Source of the DNA: Cetorhinus maximus
Lineage: Eukaryota
Assembly (NCBI RefSeq): GCF_964194155.1
Contig: NC_135885.1
Coordinates: 84,940,001-85,004,000 of the forward strand
Length of the DNA stretch: 64,000 bases
Direction of reading: 5' to 3'
Positions 37,011-50,538 of the stretch are shown here, one piece after another (positions within the stretch are counted from its first letter, which is position 1; every line of letters begins with the position of its first letter). The notes beneath the pieces were generated by a model that had not been told where the DNA came from, did no database searches, and saw only the letters and a program-made list of their open reading frames with translations. Made by a program: the position numbers and the translations under genes.

Positions 37011-38084
37011 CATTAAACTTTAATCATAATCATGTGAGAAACACCAAAAAGAGAGAGCAGAAGTGGCGCATATCTCCATTTACGCCATTGGGAACGCCAT
37101 GCTGTTGACAAAACCCACTCCCCCACCCCCTGTGCTTTCCAAATAGGTTTTGATGTTTAACTACAAATAATAACATAAGATCAAAGTGTTTACAAAATTA
37201 AGGACAGAATGTATGACTTTAAAAATGTGGACTAAATTACATCTACATGATTTGGTCCTTGTCGTCTGTGATCAGCTAATATTGTACATATAAACTTAGG
37301 TATAGATGGCAAATACCTTTGAACAATTAATTTGCCTTTCCTGTTACAGGTATCTGTAATACACTGACACTTTAATTTGGTGCTGTACCTTTTCCCCAGT
37401 AGCATTCAGCAAAACATTTTCAGAAAACTTCATCAGGAAAAAAATACATATGCAGAAAGGAAGTTGTCTTCCTGTTTTTCCCTGTCAGACCATTCACATA
37501 TACTTGTTTCATGCCTTCACAGCTCCTGCACACAAATACAACCAAATCACAAGCTCACTAAATACGTCACAGCCATGGATTTAGACATTCCTTTTTTATG
37601 AAATAAATAATTTGACAAGTGCATTGAAACATCGAGTTTCAAATAAGCAGCAATTAAGATTTATTCATGTTATATTCCTGGCTGTTAAGATGAAACCTGC
37701 AAAGCTGTGAGAGGAAGTGTGTCAATGAGATTTAGGGAAGTTCTTTGTATTTGTAACCTGTCCTGGGTTATTACTGCATGAACTTAAATATAAAAACCTG
37801 ACATTATTGGTGGAACAGTGCACTGGAACAGCAATGTTTACCATTATAGGGAGGAGGAAGTAGCCTGAAGCTCAACTCCACCACCCACCCCCCCCCACCC
37901 GCATCTCCCCCCAACCCCCAACACACCCACCGCGGCTGGTCCAATTAGTTATCAGGCTCAGTCATGTTGCTTGTGGGGAGGTGAAAAATACAGACCAGAC
38001 AAGAAATTAAGTGGCAGAAACTGTAGCCCTTGCCAAGCTGATTGCATGATGCCCATGACCTGAGCAGATCAAAATGAGAGAAAA

Positions 38085-38825
38085 ACAAATGGAATATAAA
38101 ATAAAGGGTACAATTCTAAAAGGATCATGGGAGCAGAGGGATATGGGTGTATATGTGCTATAAATCATTGAAGGCGGCAGGCCGAGTTGAGAGTGCAGTT
38201 AATAAAGCATATGGCATCCTAGGCTTTATCAATGGGGGCACAGAGTACAAAAACAAGGAAGTTATGTTAAACTTGTATAAAACACTGATTCGGTCTCAAC
38301 TAATGTAATGTATCCAGTTCTGGGCACCACACTTTAGTAAGGATATAAAGGTGTTAGAGAGAGTGCAGAAAAGATTGATGAGAATGGTTCCAGGGATGAG
38401 GAACTTCAGTCATATGGACAGATTAGACAAGTTGGGAATGTTTTCCTTGGAGAGATTTGATAGAGGTATTCAAAATCATGAGGGGTCTGGACAGAGCAGA
38501 GAGGGAGAAACTGTTCCCATTGGTGGTGGGATCGAGAACCAGAGAGCACAGATTTGGCAAAAGAAGCAATAGTAACATGAGGAAAAGCTTTTTCACAGAG
38601 CGAGTGGTTAGGATCTGGAATGCACTACTTAAGTATGGTGGAGGCAGGTTCAATTGAAGCATTCAAGAGGGAATTGGATTGTTATCTGAAAAAGAAGATT
38701 ATGCAGGACTAAAGGAAGGAGACGGCATGTAGCACCCAGGTGAACTGCTCTTTCAGAGAGCCAGCATGAACATGATAGGCCAAATGGCCTCTTTCTGTGC
38801 TGTATTCATTCTATGAATCTATGAA
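38085..38825 (+). mobile_element. CR1 LINE 3' fragment
   Basis: LERVQKRLMRMVPGMRNFS, IEVFKIMRGLDR..FFTERVVRIWNAL and CR1 tail. Confidence 0.92.
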
Positions 38826-39439
38826 GTACACTATAGGAAGCCCATTGTATCACAGGTGGAATGGTGGCATAGCATGTTAGGATCAAGTCATGCAAAGACA
38901 ACTAAACTGTGCAATATGACTGGTTTTCAATGACTGCTTGCAATGAGCCATGCTTTCCAGTGCTTGCACATGAACAAACCTCTGACATAAACCTAGCACC
39001 CACTGATACTGCAGGAGATTGACTGCCAGAATTGATCTCTCTTGGACAGCAATTTGAGTGAGACTAGAATGACCTCAGGCTTTTAAGGATTTGGGAACTT
39101 TCACAGCAATGCTCCATGCATCTAAGGGTACCCTGCCAGCATGGAGAATTGGATAACTCCCCCTTTTTATTTAGCTGATTCCATTGAGAAGAAAATGGAG
39201 TTCATGGCCCATCTGTAGGAGCATCAGTAACCTTCTTTCTACAACGATGTGCAGCTACAATTACAAAAGTCACCAGCTATTGCCTAGAAGGATCCAGCTG
39301 GAAAAAAAGCCAAGACACTGGTGATCTTGACTGATAACGAACAACATTGACTTGGTAGTTAAAGTGGGTTGCAAGTCTTCAGCCAGTAATTGGCATAGCT
39401 CCACTAACTCTACCTCACCACAACCTCTTTGAACCTTTC

Positions 39440-40285
39440 CATTGCCTGTGATTTATCATGTTGCTTGCCAATCATGCAATATGTGTTGAACAGAAACTCC
39501 TCCAATTAGACATTGGGAAGATGAAAGTCACTGTCTTGAGTACCTGCCACAATGTCTGTGGCTACTGACTCCACCCCTCGCCCTGACTGCTGTATTAGAC
39601 TGCGACACACTGTTCACAATCATGGCATCCTATTTTGACCCTGATCTCAGCATCTGACCCCATTTTTCTCCAGCACCAAGACCTCTCTAACTTTGCCCAT
39701 CTCTTCCCCTGCCTCAGTTCATCTGCTATGGAAACCCTCATCCATGTCTTTGTTACCTCCAGATTTGACTGTTCTACTGCTCTCCTGGTAGACCTCCCAC
39801 CTTGCACCCTTCCTAAATTTGAACTCATTCAGAGCCCTGCTGCCCTAACTTGCACCAAATCCTATTCATACATCAAACCTGTGTTTGCTGACCTACATTG
39901 GCTCCTGGTCTGGCAACATCTTGATTTTAAAGTTTTCATCTCCCTCCATGCCCTAACCCTTTCTCTGTTATGTACTCTGCCTCTATAAGCTCCAATTCTG
40001 GCATCTTGAGCATCCCTAATTTTTTTTTCACTCTATCACTGGTGACCATGCCTTCGGTTGTATTGGCCCAACGCTCTGAGATTCCTTTCTTAAAATTTCC
40101 CAACTCTCTTTCCTTCTTTAAACACTCCTAAAACCCATCTCTTTGACCAAAGTTTTGGTCACCTGTCCTATTATCTCATGTAGCTCGGTATCAAATTTTT
40201 TTTGATGATCATTCCTGGGAAGCACCCTATAATGCTTTACCATGATAAAGGTGCTATAGAAATGCAAGTTGTAGTTGTTGCTGCA
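39440..40285 (+). mobile_element. L2 LINE 3' fragment
   Basis: ETLIHVFVTSRFDCSTALL..LIQSPAA..IKPVFADLHWL..LDFKV and tail GTGCTATAGAAATGCAAGTTG. Confidence 0.9.
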
Positions 40286-40404
40286 ATCTTTTTTACATAA
40301 TTAGTACAAACCAACCTTTACTCACAACTTCCAAGAGGTATGGATGAAAATAAAATGGGCTATTTGATCCAAATATTCCATGCCCTCTATAAGCTCTCCC
40401 TCTG

Positions 40405-40930
40405 GAGAGCTGTGACTAGTGGTGTTCCGCAGGGATCAGTGCTGGGACCTTTGCTGTTTGTAGTATACGTAAATGATGGAGGTTATTAGCTATGAGGAGA
40501 GGTTGGAGAAACTCGGATTGTTCTCACTAGAGTGACAGAGATTGAGGGGCGGCTTGATAGAAGTTTACAAAATTATGAGTGGCATGGACAGAGTAGATAG
40601 TCAGAAGCTTTTTCCCAGGGTGGAAGAGCCAATTACTAGGGGATATATATTTAAGGTGAGAGGAGAAAACTTTAGAGGAGATGTGCGGGGCAAACTTTTT
40701 ACGCAGAGGATAGTGAGTGTCTGGAATTCACTGCCAGAGGAGGTGGTGGAAGCAGGTACGATAGTGGTGTTTAAGAGGCAACTTGACAAATACATGAATA
40801 GGATGAGAATAGAGGGATACTGACCCCGGAAGTGCAAAATGTTTTAGTTTGACAGGCAATATGATCGGCGCAGCCTTGGAGGGCCGAAGGGCCTGTTCCT
40901 GTGCTGTACTTTTCTTTGTTCTTTGTTCTC
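40405..40930 (+). mobile_element. CR1 LINE fragment with internal deletion
   Basis: [22 protein letters not shown] joined directly to 3' region LRGGLIEVYKIMSGMDRV..FTQRIVSVWNSLPEEVV and (TTCTTTG)n tail. Confidence 0.92.
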
Positions 40931-41571
40931 TAACATTGCTTCTCTTTCTCTTTGCCAGCTACTTCATCTGTGTTGAGTGCTATTTTAGCTCAGTGCTTAA
41001 CTCTGCAATATAGAGATTAAATATTGTTCACATATTCACTCACTCCTACAAACAGTTCCTTGACACTCTCCTGGGTGATGCCCAAACACAATGTAAACAT
41101 TACATGGTGAAAGCTTTGAAGCAAAGGGCTGTTTAGTTTCAGACTGCCTGTCTGAGGACCGTGCTAGTCTTTATCTTCAATAATCTGATATGTTCAACAT
41201 TTTCTTTGTTAATGTATATATACTCCCTGCAAGGATTTTAAGTAATCACGGTAGCTTAAGAAAAATAAGACACCTCATCCCATCTTCTAAAGACATTGAC
41301 TTTTGTTGGGTACAGAGTATGCTACTTGGACAGAGGCATCATTTACACTTGAGCTTTAATACAAGTGTAAGCAGGCTATGCAAGCATGTAGTGCATCACA
41401 GCCAAGACTTGATCTTGTCCATCACTCATACCAGTTCTAGCAGGGGCACTGAACTATGATCAGATAAAGAAGGCCTTTTGATCTTATCCCGATATTGAAT
41501 AGACAGGACATCCATTTAACTTCTCATGTGCTGTACGGTGTCTCTGACAAAATACCATTCCCTCTATTCAA

Positions 41572-42060
41572 ACAACAACAACTTGATCTATAAATTTGCT
41601 TTAACATAGAAAAATGTCTCTAGGCACTCTCTCTGTGCAAACAACAACTTGTATTCATATCACAATTTAATGTAGAAATATCTCCTAAGCCACTTCAAAG
41701 AAGCCTTATTAGCCAAGGTAGGCACCAAGGCAAAAGAGATATTAGGAGTGGTGTCCAAAAACTTGGCCAAAGAGATTAGTTTTAAGGACAGCCTTAAAGT
41801 AGGAATGTACAAACATATGAACTAGCAGCAGTCATAGGCCACTCGGTCCCTCGAGCCTGCTCTACGATTCAATAAGATCATGGCTAATCTGATTGCAACC
41901 TCAACTCCACATTCCTGCCTACCCCTGATAACCTTTTACCTCCTTGCTTATCAAGAATCAAGAAGGGGATGTGGATAGACAGAAGGGGTTCATGGAGGGA
42001 GTTCAGAGGCGGGGCAACGGGGTCCAGACAGTTGAAGGACCAGAGCTGCTGGACAATGGG
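41572..42060 (-). mobile_element. L2 3' tails (two in tandem) with nested CR1 tail (~41805-41960)
   Basis: AACAACAACTTG tails at 41575 and 41640; CR1 tail GGCCACTCGGTCCCTCGAGCCTGCTC similar to 6985-7020. Confidence 0.7.
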
Positions 42061-42174
42061 CTGATATGTGGGCAGTTCTATTAATGTTACATGTATCAGA
42101 TTGTACTCATACTGGCTCCAAAATTATATGGGAATCTGCTGATGTAGACTAGCTCCCTATCCTTCAATAGATTG

Positions 42175-42600
42175 TATTTAAACTTATATTCACATCATTC
42201 CATGGTACCTACCACCCTCCCTTTGCAACCTCCTCCAACCTTATGTTACCCTTTAGATTTCAGGATGATCCAACAATTCTGGTTTTGTGTGTATGTCCAC
42301 AATCTTTCGACCTCTTCCCCACACCTTTCCCCAATGCTCCTCCCCACCACTACATGTCACCCTACCCCCGTTCTCCTCACGACTGGTGTTAGAGTTATTA
42401 GTCTGGAACTTCCTTTCCAAATCCTTTCGCCGCTCTACTTTTCTCCCCTTAGCAGCAACCTTTTCGACCAAGCTTTCAATTATTTCCACTAACTCTCCCA
42501 GCATAACTTGGTCGCCATTCTTTTTGTATCCCTCGTAAAGGGATCCCAGTGCCTTAGGATGTTTTTCCATGTTGAAAGTGCTGTATAATTGCAAGCTGTT
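42175..42600 (+). mobile_element. L2 LINE 3' fragment, old
   Basis: AACCTTTTCGACCAAGCTTT and tail AAAGTGCTGTATAATTGCAAGCTGTT. Confidence 0.65.
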
Positions 42601-43271
42601 TTTGCTGGATTCCATTACATTTGCAGCTTGATTTCTCCATATTCCATGGTACAATCTGTTCATAGTATATCACACATCCTTACATTTTACATGTATATAC
42701 GTCTTTCAATATCCTGTTATACTTTACTTCCAGATCTGGATAAACCTACTTTCGATGCTCCAGTTCTAAATTACATGGATCATGCCAACTGGGTGACGGC
42801 ATGGCAAACAAGTTTTCTTGTCTCTAGTCTTACTTGAATATAGATGAGTATGACAGGGCTGTGAAGGTGGTTTCTTCAGTCTTACTGTGGATCTCTCTAT
42901 GCTGCCTGAAGCTGCTTGCAGGCTTCTTGTACTTTTGGGGCTGTTCTAGGGGCTCTCCCCCTTTTGGGGTCTCTCTCAGAGTTCTCTTAACTCTTGGCTT
43001 TTGTCAGGGCACTTGGCCCCTCTTTGTTTAGGTTCTGTTTCATGTGCTGTTACAATGCTCAGGCATTCACATAGAGATATCCACTGTACAATTTCTGGCA
43101 GTGTCACTTCTGTTGTGTTTCTCACCCTCTGCTACTTTCACACACTCATTGTCTCTCACTTATAACACTGGCCTCATTCTATTTCTCACTGCTGGCTCAG
43201 GGTCTAGATCATTTGCAATACATCCTCAGGACCTGATTCTTCTGACTATGGCAGGTCTCTCACAGGAACAT

Positions 43272-43950
43272 TCTTATCTATCAAATTTTAGCCAGAGAAT
43301 CACTTGCAATGGCTTCTCTTCCTGCTCTCGTACCATTACCTCTGGTGTGCCCCAAGGGTTCCCTCCTATTTCTCATCTACATGCTGTCCCTCGGTGACAT
43401 CATCCGAAAACACAGCATTAGTTTTCAAATATACATTGACAATATCCGGCTCTACCTCACCACCACCTCTCTTGACTCCTATGCTATTGCTAATTTATCA
43501 GACTGCTTAGCTGACATCCAGTGCTGAATGAGCAGAAATTTCCTCCAGTTAAATATTGGGAGGACTGGAGCCATTGTTTTCGGTACCCGCTCCAAACTCT
43601 GTTCCCCAGCTACCGACTCCATCCCTCTCCCCGGCAACAATCTGAGATTAGGCCAGTCTGTTTGCAACCTTGGTTCAGCTTCTAACCTCATTTGTGCCAT
43701 CACTAAGGTCTCCTTAACACCAACTGGCTTCACCCCCCCCTGACTCAGCTCATTTGCTACTGAAACCCTCATTAAGGCCTTCATTATCTCTAGACTTGAC
43801 ACTCCTTAAAATCTACCTCTTTGACCAAGGTTTTGGTCATCTGACCAATATCTCCTTATCTGACTGTATCAGACTTGTTTTATAATGCTCCTGTGAAGGG
43901 CTTAAGGATGTTTTATTACTTTGAAGCCACTATATAAATGTACACTGTCA
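43272..43950 (+). mobile_element. L2 LINE RT/3' fragment with internal deletion
   Basis: TITSGVPQG, LLFLIYMLSLGDIIRKHSISFQIYIDNIRLYL, MSRNFLQLNIGRTGAIVFG; L2 tail. Confidence 0.9.
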
Positions 43951-44661
43951 TTATATTTCTCACGCTAAAGTTTTGTTTGTTCTTTCTTTACTCCTGGTTT
44001 CTGCTATTCTGAATTCACTTCGTTCCTTATCAGTGCTCTTTTATGTATCCTAGTATCTTTCCCTATCACTGCTACTTAGCAGTTTATTCCCAAGCAACCC
44101 TTCCTCTTTCTTTAACTCTGCTCTCCCCTTCGGCTTCCTGTGCTCTGCTTGTCCTCAGGCTTCCTGCACACAATTCCACTGGCTCCAGCCCCAGATCGGC
44201 TGGTTTACACAAGTCTGCTTCCTGTTGCTAGCTTCCCCCATGCTCTGTTTCCACACACAGATATTTGTGCTCCTCAGATACATGTCAGCTGGTTTTACTC
44301 TACTCAACTGGTCTAGGAGCCCATCTTTCTCCTGCAGGTCTTTTTAATGAAAAAGATGGGAATGCTGCTGGTTGTGTTGTCTTCCGGATACCCTGCGTTT
44401 TGTTCCCACTGGCCATGCATTCTTCCTACAAAGTGACTTATGACATTCCATAATAATTCCATGCTATTTCCTATATCTGTAGTGCTGTTATACAAAAAAA
44501 ACTCCTGATTGAAGGCTCTTTAGAGTTTTAGATGTGCGAAGGATTGTTGTACAAATTATTGCCTTCATATACCTAATATGAGGACATTATAAAGTCAGTG
44601 TTCTGGCTAAGCATGTATATGTACACATATATGTACAAATGTTGACCATATAGAGGAAGAA

Positions 44662-45021
44662 AGATTTGCATTTGTATAGCACCTTTCATGACCATGAGAC
44701 ATCTTAAAGTGCTTTACAGCTAATGAAGTACTTTTGAAGTGTAGTCACTGTTGCAAGCTCCCACAAACAGCAATGTGGCAGTAGCCAGGTAATTTGTTTC
44801 TGTGATGTTGACTGAGGAATTGGCCAGGACACAAGGGATAACTCCCTTGCTCTTCTTTGAGATAGTGCCATGGAATCTTTTACACCCACCTGAGAGGTCA
44901 GATAGGGCCTCGATTTAATGTCACACTCACTGTCTCTGACAGTGCAGCACTCCCTGGACTGTCAGCCTTGAACTTTCTGACTCAGAGGAGAGAGTACTAG
45001 CAACTGAGCCATGACTGACAC
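44662..45021 (-). mobile_element. Deu-domain SINE (SacSINE1-like)
   Basis: Minus strand: tRNA-like head GTGTCAGTCATGGCTCAGTTG, central CTCAGGTGGGTGTAAAAGATTCCATGGCACTAT..AAGAGCAAGGGAGTT, L2-type tail GTGCTATACAAATGCAAATC. Confidence 0.85.
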
Positions 45022-46169
45022 ACATTCTAAATGCAATTTTTTTTCAAAGATACATTTCAGATATAGGGGTTAATAAAGAAATGTTTTTGTAAGCTTCCCT
45101 AACACTGCAGATGAGTATATAACACTTGCCATGCTGCTGTTTTTTGCAGCTATAATGACATTTTTCTAATTACTAGTACAAGAGGTCTTAAATCAAAATA
45201 TAATACTTAATTAACAAAGGGACGTAGTTTTTATTCACAATAGATTCTAAGCCATAGCCCAGGCAAGCCAGCAACAAGTAGCACTGCTTCCCAAAAGATC
45301 ATTCACATGCATGAAAGCACCTCAGCATTTGGTGAAGCATTTTGTATTTAATGAATTGTTTATGAACACTACACCAAGACTCACATGGATGAGTGTTACA
45401 TTGGCCTAATTAATAGTGTCCCTTTCTCCTGTTAACTGGAAGAATAACAGCTTTTCTAGTTCTATCAAAGTACTTTTAGCTCCCTCCATATAGTTTCATT
45501 TTCCCCAATCAGTACTGGTTCACGCCCCAAGCCATGCTTCATTTCAACTCCCCTTGTGTCAGCAACTATTCATACTCCAATCTGGTGCTTCATGTTCTCT
45601 ATCATCGTCCCATCCATTTCCTTTTTATTTCTTGCAGCATGACTGCGCAACAACTAACTAAAACCATTGACAACTATGAAGTATTTCATTATTTTTGATA
45701 TATGTACAAAGAAAATGACCCCAAAATTGGTGGGAACGTGGAGGAGGAGGAGTTTAGCAGTCAAGAAGTGTGGAAGAATGAGAAGATGATCATGGGAGAC
45801 CATGGAAGAGATCGCAGGGAAGCCACAGAGCTCATCAGATTGCCTGCACAGGGAATGAGGGGGGTGGAATTGTAGTGTAAGGGTCTGGCACATATAGGGT
45901 TAATGTGGGACTGAGTACAGTACTGCCCACATAGTGATGTAAAAGAACATATGACCAGCACCTTGGGGTCAGTCGAGTATTAGACAGAGCCATGTGCACA
46001 AGCAAGCATGGAGACAGCGCCCAGCTTGAACCTTTTACTGTATATTTGTACACAATTCTTGTGGTTAATGCACACAGTTAACCTACTGAAAACTGCGAAG
46101 ACTTCATTAAGACATACCAAACAGTATCCAACACCTTTCAACAGGAATGTGGTCCAATTGCTGTGATGG

Positions 46170-46547
46170 TTAACAGTTAGCTTGGTGGGCCAGAGGGAAG
46201 CACTCCTGCTCCCTTTGCCTTTGCAGCACTGCTTTTAGGCCCTTCCCTGTCCCATCCAGCAGTTCTCGCCTCCCTTCAGCTGCTAGGTTTCCTAAGGCTT
46301 GGAAACCTGCCCAGTCAATGTTAAAGCTGAAACAGATGAAACATTTTAGGTACACAGTCTCATTAAAATATTTAAATGAGGGGCACACCACCTGAGAACA
46401 GGTTAATTGCCCGCCACCAGTCCTGCATTACTTAAAACTGCAGTGTGTGGGTTTCAGGCAGGTTGGGGGGTCAGGACTGAAATTTGTAAAATGCTAACTT
46501 CCCACCCAACCCAAGCCCACCTGTTCTTGGGGATTAAAGTTACCCCC
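46170..46547. mobile_element. Old Harbinger-type non-autonomous fragment (family D)
   Basis: Ends GATTAAAGTTACCCCC; loose similarity to 49590-50188 and 58680-59320. Confidence 0.45.
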
Positions 46548-48013
46548 AGTTAACATACATGATGGATCCTACATAACATTGTTATACATTATCGTGCTTA
46601 TCACTCTTGTGTTCCCTTTCTACTGAACTAGTCGGCATTGTTTTCCCATTATGATCAGGATCAGAAGTGAATAAATACAAGATCAACAAGTGCTTTCGAA
46701 GCTAACCAGCCACCATATAAATAAGGACAACCTTTACTGGGTGAAAGTTATAGGATATTTAAGAGGGAGGTTTCATTTAGAAATTCTTTATATGGAATCA
46801 ATCAAGTGATTGGATTTGGTTAATTGAGTCTGCTTATTTTACTCATTTTTGTGAGTTGTTTTCATTTTGTCTGTATTTTGTATAGAAAGGGTTAAGCTGC
46901 AGGATTTCACTTTCCGGTTCTCTTCTACCTACAGGAAGTACAGTCCTTGTTGCTGGTTTAAATTTCCATTAGTAACTCAACCAGATGATAATCCCGCACA
47001 CAAAAATCACCAGTATCTGGCTAAGTATCCTAAGTTTCAATAAATGCACAAGTTTATTTTAAAGTCAAAATGATCTATGCCAATTTTAAACAAAAATTTC
47101 TTCTGGATGTGAGTCAACATGAAAATCACCATTTACATATTCAGCTCCAAGTTACCTGTATGTACATGGTTGGATTCAATTGTTTGATCTTTTTGGGCTC
47201 AATAGCTTCAGAATGTGTAGTTGCTTGTGTCTGCTCTGGGTTCTAGTGCTGCCAGTCCCTCCAATTCCATGGAGCCTCCAGAAGCTGCTCACAGATCTTG
47301 ATGTAGTGCATGGCCTAACAAAGTGCTTCCATTCTTCCATTCCCTTGTGCTTTCCCCTATTTCTCTCAGTTTCTGCAAGTACTTTACCACTCAATCACTT
47401 CTGGTTAACCAGCCCAAGTATCCTAAGCAGCAACATTTTGGGCGTATTAAAACCAGATTGGTATACTCAGGGGGTACATTTACATGTAAATCTTCTCAAG
47501 GACACAATTCTGACTTGGACTTCACTAACTGTTAATCCCACAGCTATCAAATTTACTACAAACTGTCCAGCCCTGAAGTTCATGCTCTTGGCCTTACGTA
47601 CAGAAAGCAAAATATTGTGTGGACCAACAAAGGACTAAATAACAAAGTATATGAAAACATTAAAAACCTGAATATGTCAAGTGAAAAATAAAAATCAAAT
47701 GGAAATTGGAATCAAATAAAAAGTGTACATGAATACAGTTACATCAAAACAATCCGCAATAGAAGGAAGCCTATGCTCTACGTGAGATTCTTATACCTGC
47801 TAATCCACCAAAATCCCAAAAATTGGAAATAAAACCCCAAAATTCACCAAAAGGAAGACTTGATAAGAAAGATATGAGGTACAGGCAGTGATGATCAGCC
47901 AGATCTGAACTAATCAAACCGTACTCCATTAACGACTGCTCGATTCCCACTTTACACATATCTGTATTACATCATATGACTACTTTGCTATTGTGCTAGC
48001 TTTATGTTTCTTG

Positions 48014-48606
48014 GGGGAGAATCTTCGGCTCAGCGAGCGGGGCCGGGGCCTGCTCGCCGAGGCGTAAAATGACGCGGGGTGACGAGAGGCTTGTGTCCCG
48101 ACATCACTGACCGTCATTTAGATTTTTAGTTCGGCGGGTGCGCAGCCGACTTGGCTGCGTGCCTGCCGAACTGTCAAAGGCCTATTAAGGCCATTTAACT
48201 AACAATTAAAATAATTAACGGAGGTTGGCGGGCAGGCGAAGAGCCCAAGCGGCCTTCACATTTTTCATGGAGCCTCATCCACGGGCGGGATGAAGTTTCA
48301 TGAATGATTTTAAATTTTCTCAAAAATTTTTATTGAAATTAATGCACGTGCCCCACCTCATGTGACAGTTTTACATGAGGGGACATGTCATAAAAAATTT
48401 TTCAACACTTTATCGAACTGTTAAAACTTAAAACTAATCTCCCTGAGGCACCTCTGTGCATGCGCGAAAGAGCGCACTCCCGACTCAGGGAACCAGCTCC
48501 CCTCTTCCCCCCCACCCCGCGCACAGGGAACACACAGCACTTCCGGGTGTGCATCACGCTGGGCGGGCCTTAATTGGAGGCGTGGACACGGGGTAAAATT
48601 CTACCC
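48014..48606 (+). mobile_element. Harbinger-type MITE family A, complete (593 bp)
   Basis: TIRs GGGGAGAATCTT / AAAATTCTACCC; TSD TTG; same hairpin blocks as 3106-3768 in opposite orientation. Confidence 0.92.
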
Positions 48607-49589
48607 TTGGTATCTCTTTAATTTTACATGGCTCAAGGAAAATACAACACAAATATTCTTTATACTGCATAAAAGTTGTACATTATGTAATCTTTTTTAG
48701 TTCAAATCCAATTATATCAATTTGCTGGAACTACCAAGAGGTTCACATGCAATTTAAAACATGGCAAACACTCAGAATAAAGTGGGCAGAAACCTACACA
48801 GATAGGTTCCAACGAATTACAGCAGGACTGGAAAAAAACATCTTAAGTTTTGACATTCCAAGGCTGTCACAATCCATGTTCCGTTACCCGGGGAGCCACC
48901 CTCCTTGCCCAGTATGATGTAAGTGCAAAGAGCACTATATTAACTTGCTGTTCTTACTTTCCGGAACAGCCACCTGCACAGCAGAAGACTAAAAGTATTT
49001 GAATATGCAACACTGCTCTGTGACCAAAGACCAACGATTTGTTATGCTTTTATGATAGCTGACATCCTTGTCTTTAACCTACCTACAAATTTGTCCCCAT
49101 GCTGGTCTCTCCACCAGGCAACTCACCTCCTGCCAGGGATGTAACTCTTTTTGTCCTCTGGAATGGCATTATCAACTAACAGCCCCCTGAAATCTGGTGG
49201 GAATGCTCTGTGTCTCCAGTCCTTGCGTTCTCACTGCTGGCCCCAGCTGCAGTTTGCTCTGGGAGCAGGCTCTGTGTTTCAGACTGTAACAGGGATTTCC
49301 TTGTCTCTTAACAGATGAGGAATTCCCAATCTGCCTCATTGAGGGTCTTCTTACTACCAGTTCCAGTTGCAGCCTCATTCAGGAACAGCTTCTGTTGAAG
49401 ATCCACAATGGAATAGGCACAATAGGCTGAATGGCCTCCTTCGTTCCTGTAATTTCTATGATTTCATGATACATAGTACAGTATCTGCTTAAGCAGAGCA
49501 GACTGCTGTCAAGGTTATTATTCTGAACATGGTTCGGGGGGCTATAACTTCAAAATCATATTAAACTGTACACTAACCATTCTGATCCT

Positions 49590-50188
49590 AGGCCTGATTT
49601 TAACCCTGTTGCTTGCCTGTCAGGAATAGGGTAGTTAAAATGGCAGTCAGACACTTCCCAATGCGAGAGTGTTGGGGCCACTTGACACAAGAAGGCACCT
49701 CATTTATATTTAAATATCAAGGTCCAGCGATATCATTTGGATCCTGACATGATTTTCACCGCAGTGATGCACAGTGCTGGAGTCACCAGTGAATGCAGGT
49801 AGTAAAAAGGATCATGGCTAGAAGCAGTCCAGGTAAGTTTATGATTTTGTGGCCTTTGTGGGCCACAAAGGGCAGGTATGTTCCTCCAGATCTCACAAGA
49901 TCACCTTGGGCTTGCCGGGCCAGCTCGTCACTTACGTGGTGCAAGGGGCCGTTTCATCAGGTCCAAGGCAGTAGCCTCCTGCCACTTAAAATCCCACTCC
50001 TGCCTGCTAGCATCCCCGACATTCCTGTTGGGTTTGGGCGGGAGTCTGGAATGAAATACTTAGCTTATGACCAGGGGTTAAAGGCACTGGGCCTTATGTT
50101 GTGGAGGATGGGGGGTGGTGGGGGGGCAAGTTTGGTGGCTGCCTCAGCTCCCACACCAACACTCATGTCCCAGGTTAAAATTAGGTCT
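49590..50188. mobile_element. Harbinger-type MITE family D
   Basis: 16-bp TIRs AGGCCTGATTTTAACC / GGTTAAAATTAGGTCT; flanks CCT / CAT. Confidence 0.7.
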
Positions 50189-50538
50189 CATGTTTCCCTG
50201 CCTATCAAAGCAGCAATGTAAAAGTAATAAACCTTCAAACGGACATAAATGTTGGATACTTTGACTTCTTAAATTTTGTTTCTCAATTGGATTGGAGAGA
50301 ATTATCAAAGTGAAGTACTACAACCTTCTAAGAGTGTTATTGACTAATTCAATATTTGATTTGTAATTGTAGCACTCTGTGGGGCCCACTCAAACTGGTA
50401 TCATCATAAACTGCCTTCATTCCTTACTGCTTACTTTCAAATATAATCTTTGTGTAAATGCTAACTTGTTTCATATGAGAAGGAGAAAGCCATCAAGGAG
50501 GTTGTATGGCTTTCATACAGAATCCTGTTTGTTTCCAT

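Larger units (their letters stand above)
31297..37120 (+). mobile_element. Second, older PIF/Harbinger two-gene element (ends tentative)
   Basis: Transposase (+) and Myb C-terminal exon (-) remnants in the same convergent layout as 14658-20721; degenerate TIR candidates GTGCACAAATTTT and AAAACCCACTC; TAATA..T.TGCATATC motif shared with the left arm of element 1. Confidence 0.7.

Noticed and set aside
47155-47314. Minus-strand exon candidate with bHLH-like AMHYIKICEQLL
   Set aside because: All three frames contain stops between the splice sites; the resemblance is too short.
47180-47638. 152-aa hydrophobic ORF
   Set aside because: Non-ATG start, no recognisable domain, composition typical of random AT-rich sequence.
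49127-49410. Protein-like minus-strand reading (IVDLQQKLFL..KKTLNEADWEFL) near a GAG|GTGAGT donor
   Set aside because: Interrupted by stops and matches no family I can name.
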